Of a stretch of 64,000 nucleotides of DNA, positions 59,887 to 64,000 are shown piece after piece. The stretch is from contig CAYSRC010000003.1 of assembly GCA_964433495.1 (NCBI GenBank), positions 10,054 through 74,053 on the forward strand, written 5' to 3'. The translations under genes and the position numbers were made by a program. Numbering within the stretch: position 1 is the first letter of the stretch; each line of letters begins with the position of its first letter. The notes beneath the pieces are model-generated. The model did not search any database. It had not been told where the DNA came from and was given only the letters and a program-made list of their open reading frames with translations. The stretch comes from an uncultured Oscillospiraceae bacterium. Its GTDB lineage: Bacteria; Bacillota; Clostridia; Oscillospirales; Ruminococcaceae.

Positions 59887-60244
59887 CGGGATTATCGGAC
59901 GAAGTGGTAACGCCGCAACACAAGCCCGCCCGCGTGTGGTACGCGGCAGGGAAAGCAGGCGAGGGGGCAAGCCGCCCGCGACGGCGCGAGCGCCCCGCGC
60001 GCCGCAAGGCGCGCCTTTGGGGGAAAGGGCGCTGCCCTCCACAAAAAAAATTCAAAACAAAAGCAGCGCCCGCGCGAGCACCTTTGAAGTCGTGGGAGCC
60101 GCGGGCCGGAGCCGCGAGCGACCGCGACAGGCGCACCCGCAGGCGGGGCCCCCGCGCTGTTTGCGGTGCCCCTGCCGAGGACGGCGCGGACACCCCGAGC
60201 ATGAGCGCATCGGCGCGCCATCGGAGACGCTGAGCACCGAAGAC

Positions 60245-60325
60245 AAAAAACACAACAACCCCCGAGAGGTTTCGCAGGTTTTTGTCTGCGCCCGTCTCGG
60301 GGGTTGCTGGTCTGTCTCTCGCTGC
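60245..60325 (-). ncRNA. candidate short RNA (~80 nt) defined by a promoter and an orphan terminator
   Basis: Downstream of the minus-strand promoter at 60332-60361. Purine-rich 5' segment, then hairpin CCCCCGAGA(60303-60295)/TCTCGGGGG(60267-60259) with inner CGCAG/CTGCG helix, then UUGUUGUGUUUUUUGUC. No ORF. Confidence 0.3.
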
Positions 60326-60331
60326 GCTCTA

Positions 60332-60361
60332 AGTATACAGCAAGCCCTGTTGTTTTGTCAA
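60332..60361 (-). promoter_or_regulatory. near-consensus sigma-A promoter, minus strand
   Basis: TTGACA (60361-60356), 18-nt spacer, TATACT (60337-60332). Confidence 0.5.
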
Positions 60362-60383
60362 GGCTGCTGTCTTGAGCTGCGCT

Positions 60384-60406
60384 CCGCCCCCCGGCGCGGG
60401 GGGCGG
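60384..60406. other. perfect 10-bp all-GC hairpin between the divergent promoters
   Basis: CCGCCCCCCG gcg CGGGGGGCGG, followed by the G-run GGCGGGGGTGGGGG. Confidence 0.6.
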
Positions 60407-60418
60407 CGGGGGTGGGGG

Positions 60419-60447
60419 TTGACAGTTTCTATATCGTGCTATATACT
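60419..60447 (+). promoter_or_regulatory. near-consensus sigma-A promoter, plus strand, reading toward the recombinase gene
   Basis: TTGACA (60419-60424), 17-nt spacer, TATACT (60442-60447). Confidence 0.55.
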
Positions 60448-60463
60448 TGATGTAGTTTAGTCC

Positions 60464-60493
60464 CATTTCGCTAAATAAAAATTTAGCGAAATG
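60464..60493 (+). promoter_or_regulatory. perfect 13-bp palindrome just downstream of the predicted start site (operator or 5' RNA hairpin)
   Basis: CATTTCGCTAAAT aaaa ATTTAGCGAAATG. Confidence 0.5.
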
Positions 60494-60845
60494 CAGGGGA
60501 GAATTAAACTCACATAAGCCTTTTGTCGATTTGGACCTTTGGCCTTTGTCTTTTATCCATTTGCTTTTTACTTATTTAGTTTATTCTATTTCTGTTTCGT
60601 CTTGTGGTTTTCTTTCTTGTACTCGATTCTGTACTTAACTTGTTTTTTACTGCTTTTCGGCTTCCTGTTGTGCGTCCGCCGATTATTCAAAAATCTTTCA
60701 TAGTCTTGTTATTGTTCACATATCTTCCTGCCTGTTTTATCTTTTTCTGCACAATCAGATCATTATCACACTATTACAATTCTGACTCTGTATCACAATC
60801 TGCCTCCGCCTAAATCTAATTCAACTCCAATCTTCGAGGTTCGTT

Positions 60846-61826
60846 ATGCAAAGCTATGCCGACTGTCCCGAGCCCTTAAGCGAGTTTCTTTTTTATCTTG
60901 AGACCATCAGAAATCTCTCCGCACGCACTGTCAACGGCTATTATATCGACCTGCGGCTTTTTATGCGCTTCATTAAGTATCGCCGCGGGCTTGTTCCGTC
61001 GGATATTGATTTTGAGTGCATCGACATATCCGATTTTTCCCTTGACATGCTCGGGTCGGTGACGCAGATGGATATCTATGAATATCTGCATTTTGTGATG
61101 AAGGACCGCGAAAACAATGCTGCGACCCGTTCGAGAAAGGTCTCAAGCCTGCGCTCGTTTTACAAATATCTCACGGTAAAGTCACACAAGCTCAAAAACG
61201 ACCCCGTAAAGGATATCGAGGTTCCGGCGCTCAAAAAGAGCCTGCCCAAGTTTCTGACCCTTGACGAGAGCCTCAGGCTGCTGGAGGTGATCGACGGAGA
61301 CTATAAGGAGCGCGACTACTGCATCGTGACACTGTTTTTAAACTGCGGTATGCGCCTGAGCGAGCTTGTAGGGATAAACGACACCGACATAAGCGGCGAC
61401 ACCGTGCGGCTGCTCGGCAAGGGCAACAAAGAGCGCATCGTGTTTCTCAACGACGCCTGTCTCGACGCGGTTAGCCGCTATAAAAAGGTCAGGGACGCGC
61501 AGGAATACACAAAGCGCGACCGTGACGCGCTGTTTTTGTCGCGCACGGGCTCGCGGATCACCGCGCGGCGCGTTGAGCAGATTGTCGGGGACAACCTGCA
61601 AAAGGCAGGGCTGTCGGGGCGCGGTTTTTCGCCGCACAAGCTGCGGCACACCGCCGCGACGCTCATGTACCGACACGGCAACGTCGACATGCTTGCGCTC
61701 AAGGAGATTTTGGGGCACGAGCACGTTTCAACAACCGAGATCTACACCCATATCAGCGAAGAAAAGCTCAAAAACGCCGCCGACGCCTCCCCGCTTGCAA
61801 AGGTAAAAGCGTCGAAACAGCGCTGA
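60846..61826 (+). CDS. tyrosine site-specific recombinase (XerC/XerD/phage-integrase family)
   Basis: SAM-like N-terminal domain. Catalytic-domain motifs ..CGMRLSEL.., ..GKGNKER.., ..HKLRHTAAT.., ..LGHEHVSTTEIYTH.. (R-K-H-R-H-Y set). Confidence 0.9.
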   Translation: MQSYADCPEPLSEFLFYLETIRNLSARTVNGYYIDLRLFMRFIKYRRGLVPSDIDFECIDISDFSLDMLGSVTQMDIYEYLHFVMKDRENNAATRSRKVSSLRSFYKYLTVKSHKLKNDPVKDIEVPALKKSLPKFLTLDESLRLLEVIDGDYKERDYCIVTLFLNCGMRLSELVGINDTDISGDTVRLLGKGNKERIVFLNDACLDAVSRYKKVRDAQEYTKRDRDALFLSRTGSRITARRVEQIVGDNLQKAGLSGRGFSPHKLRHTAATLMYRHGNVDMLALKEILGHEHVSTTEIYTHISEEKLKNAADASPLAKVKASKQR

Positions 61827-62158
61827 ACCGCATTCCTTTAGGGAGATTATCGAAAGCATCAAAGCGCCGGTCGCGGCGTTTCAGGCCGATTCGGCCCCCG
61901 TACAGAAAATCGCCAACATCCCGAGGGTCTCAAAGCAGAACGGCTCCGGGACGATTTCCGGCCGACTTAGACACATCGACCGTTCAGCTTTTTTCGGCAC
62001 AAATCGTCTTTTATAATTATAATAACATGAAAACATCAAAACATCGACAACTGTTTTGTGCTGCCCGTAGGGTTGCAGCATTATACAGCACTCCGAAATG
62101 TGAGTATTCAGGATGGTATCACAATACACCGTTTTGTGAGAATTCTCTGTTTATCGCG

Positions 62159-62190
62159 AAAGCAGCTTGTTTTTAAGCTGCTTTTGCTGT
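62159..62190 (+). terminator. terminator-like hairpin downstream of the recombinase gene
   Basis: AAAGCAGCTT gttttt AAGCTGCTTT followed by TGCTGTTG. Confidence 0.55.
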
Positions 62191-62283
62191 TGTCTCAGGA
62201 GGCCACAGCTTGTAAAAGCCATCGACAAGCGGACACAAGCAAGGCGTTCACATTTTTAATTCAAACCAATCCCACATGCCCCA

Positions 62284-62326
62284 AAAGCATCGAAACGGTT
62301 GCAAACCGCCTCGATGCTTTTTGTTT
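62284..62326 (+). terminator. strong plus-strand terminator
   Basis: AAAGCATCGA...TCGATGCTTT with inner CGGTT/AACCG helix, followed by TTGTTTGG. Confidence 0.7.
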
Positions 62327-62330
62327 GGTT

Positions 62331-62364
62331 TGATAAAAAACAGAGCCGGTCGCTTGACCGGCCC
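62331..62364 (-). terminator. terminator of the hemerythrin-receiver gene
   Basis: Minus strand: GCCGGTC aagc GACCGGC followed by TCTGTTTTTTATC. Confidence 0.75.
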
Positions 62365-62401
62365 CGCCGCATAAACCTGTTTACCTTTACCGAAGCGGTT
62401 T

Positions 62402-63760
62402 CTATTTGCTTCTGCGCGCGAAAAATACGTCGATCTCTTTTTTTAGCTCCTCGGGCTTGGCGTTCTTCAGCAGATACCCCTCGGGCTTGAGCGGCATCAC
62501 CTTGATCATCGTCTCGGGATCCCTTCTTCCCGTGAGAAAGATGACAGGGATGTCGGCAAAGGTCTCGAGCGAGCGCAGCATCTCGAGCGTCTGTGCACCG
62601 TCCACAATCGGCATCTCGTAGTCAAGCAGGACGAGGTCGGGTCGGTTGAGGGTGATGGTTCGTATCGCAGCCGCGCCCGAAGCGGCGGACGAAACCTCGT
62701 ATTCCCCGCCCAAAAGATTGACGATGCCCTGCCTGATGGTTGAGGAATCGTCAACAATCAAAATCTTTTTGCGGCCGCCCTCGCTCTCCTCCCGTTTGCG
62801 CTCGGAGAGGTATCGCTTTACCTCGTCCATGGCGTTGTCGGCCTCGATGGGCGTAGCGACGCCCTGCTCAAGAAGGTGCGGCGCAATGACACAATACGCA
62901 AAATAGCCCGCGCCCGTGTCAAACAACAGACCCGCCTGAAGCTGCTCTTTTTCAAATATCTCCTTAAACTGACCGTAGGTCAGCAGGTTTTCCTGCTTAA
63001 GCTCTAAGGAGACCCCCGAGGGTATCACCTCATTTATCCGCTGTGCAAACTGCTTTGCCGAAAACCGCACAGCATGCATGAGCATATTGTCAAGCTTGTT
63101 CGTTTGTATCCCCATCGCCTTGCCGACGGTTTCGATGAGCAGCCTCTCTTCAAAGGCCAGCATGACCTCCTGCCGTTCCTCGGCATCTGCGCCGCCGTAT
63201 ACCAAGCGATAGTAAACCCCGTCGCCGAACTTTTCACCGCCGTAAGAGTCGCTTATAAGATTCGACTCGAGGTGAAACATGTCGAAGATAAGCCTGACAA
63301 TCGCGTCCTTGAGCGACGTGCTGTCCTCACCGGAAAGGCGGTTGTCCCACCGGCGCAGGCTCCTGCCCGTCATGGCGAGATCCTCGGTCTTGGTGTGGCC
63401 GATGAGCCACCCCGCGCACACGCCGAGAAAATGAGACACGGACACATCGTTGAAATCATTCTTTTCGAGCTCTGTCTCAAGGGTCGGCAGGGTGACATCG
63501 CGAAACACCTTATGTATCTCATGGTGGCGGGCGAGACCGTCGTAGCCTATCGACTCCATATAGGCCTCTTCGTCGTCAAAGTGCTTCGCGGCGTGGGCTT
63601 TGAGATACTTGACCGCCTCCCCGAAAACCCTGCGGTTGTCCTTATTGTCATCCCTCAGCTCAAAAATCTTGTTGATGATTTTAAAGAGCCTTTGATGCTC
63701 TTTGTCAATGTGTTCAACACCTATATTGTAGTCTTCCATCCATTCAAATTGAGTGCCCAT
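62402..63760 (-). CDS. hemerythrin-like domain / unknown middle domain / C-terminal receiver (REC) domain protein
   Basis: ATG 63760 after GGAGGGG. N-terminus ..WMEDYNIGVEHIDKEHQRLF..HFDDEE..HHEIH.. shows the hemerythrin His/Glu/Asp ligand pattern. C-terminus KKILIVDDSS..LVLLDYEMP..IPVIFLTG..K.. is a CheY-like receiver. No DNA-binding output domain. Confidence 0.8.
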   Translation of the reverse strand: MGTQFEWMEDYNIGVEHIDKEHQRLFKIINKIFELRDDNKDNRRVFGEAVKYLKAHAAKHFDDEEAYMESIGYDGLARHHEIHKVFRDVTLPTLETELEKNDFNDVSVSHFLGVCAGWLIGHTKTEDLAMTGRSLRRWDNRLSGEDSTSLKDAIVRLIFDMFHLESNLISDSYGGEKFGDGVYYRLVYGGADAEERQEVMLAFEERLLIETVGKAMGIQTNKLDNMLMHAVRFSAKQFAQRINEVIPSGVSLELKQENLLTYGQFKEIFEKEQLQAGLLFDTGAGYFAYCVIAPHLLEQGVATPIEADNAMDEVKRYLSERKREESEGGRKKILIVDDSSTIRQGIVNLLGGEYEVSSAASGAAAIRTITLNRPDLVLLDYEMPIVDGAQTLEMLRSLETFADIPVIFLTGRRDPETMIKVMPLKPEGYLLKNAKPEELKKEIDVFFARRSK

Positions 63761-64000
63761 AACCCCTCCGACAGACGGTGAAGCGAACCGTCGAATTATT
63801 GCGGTAACAAAACAGTGCGACACGGTGCAACCGGCATTCGGGAACAAAAGCGCATCCAAAACAGAGCGTCGTGAACACGCGAAGCGGTTTCAACAACATT
63901 ATACACCACGCAAGACCGTTTAGACAATATGTGAAAAATTTTTTAAACCGGAAGCCGATTTATTTTATCAGTATTACTTTATATCACTTGCGCAGCCGAG

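Noticed and set aside
60604-60813. 69-aa hydrophobic ORF inside the pyrimidine-rich leader
   Set aside because: It has a GTG start without an RBS. The hydrophobicity is the trivial consequence of T-rich codons. No support beyond being open.
62005-62035. dif-like Xer site (TTTTATAATTATAATAACATGAAAAC)
   Set aside because: It is a palindromic AT-rich sequence, but the arms match the Firmicute dif consensus (..TATATATTATGTAAACT) at only about 7 of 11 positions on either strand. That is not distinguishable from chance in AT-rich DNA.

Overview
64-kb chromosomal segment of a high-GC, spore-forming Firmicute (class Clostridia by gene content; a finer assignment cannot be verified here). I support about 53 protein genes, nearly all housekeeping. 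From 1 to 12.2 kb the order spoIIIAE-AH / asp23-like / nusB / xseA / xseB / ispA / dxs / tlyA / nadK / argR / recN matches the Bacillus subtilis spoIIIA-to-recN region, except that a TsaD/Kae1-like paralog sits where folD would be. After that come a Tyr T-box + tyrS, a ClpA/C-type AAA+ ATPase, the metG-tatD-alaX block, secA, a NifU-like + GGGtGRT pair, dnaD/dnaI-like loader genes, an ABC-F ATPase with an attenuator-like leader, cwlD, a methyl-cycle cluster (metF, split metH, luxS), radA, asd-dapA, queA-tgt-yajC and spoIIM. No rRNA, tRNA, IS/transposase, cas genes or convincing CRISPR array were seen. The unusual signals are all in non-coding DNA or at the right end. (1) Two ~0.5-kb copies of a hairpin-rich repeat lie in inverted orientation (46.9-47.4 kb and 58.4-58.9 kb) and bracket an 11-kb block; related modular copies lie at 41.3-42.0 kb and, more degenerate, at 16.8-17.5 kb. 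(2) The 430-nt asd-dapA spacer carries a 171-nt-period direct repeat and a strand-specific terminator 18 nt before the dapA start, without recognisable L-box motifs. (3) Composition drops sharply at ~60.44 kb, from ~75% GC spacer to AT-rich DNA. There two near-consensus back-to-back promoters sit: one would make a short terminated RNA, the other reads through a perfect 13-bp palindrome and a ~350-nt pyrimidine-rich, G-poor leader into a tyrosine recombinase gene. (4) A hemerythrin-unknown domain-receiver protein lies at the right end. Long antisense ORFs in the track are GC-content artefacts.
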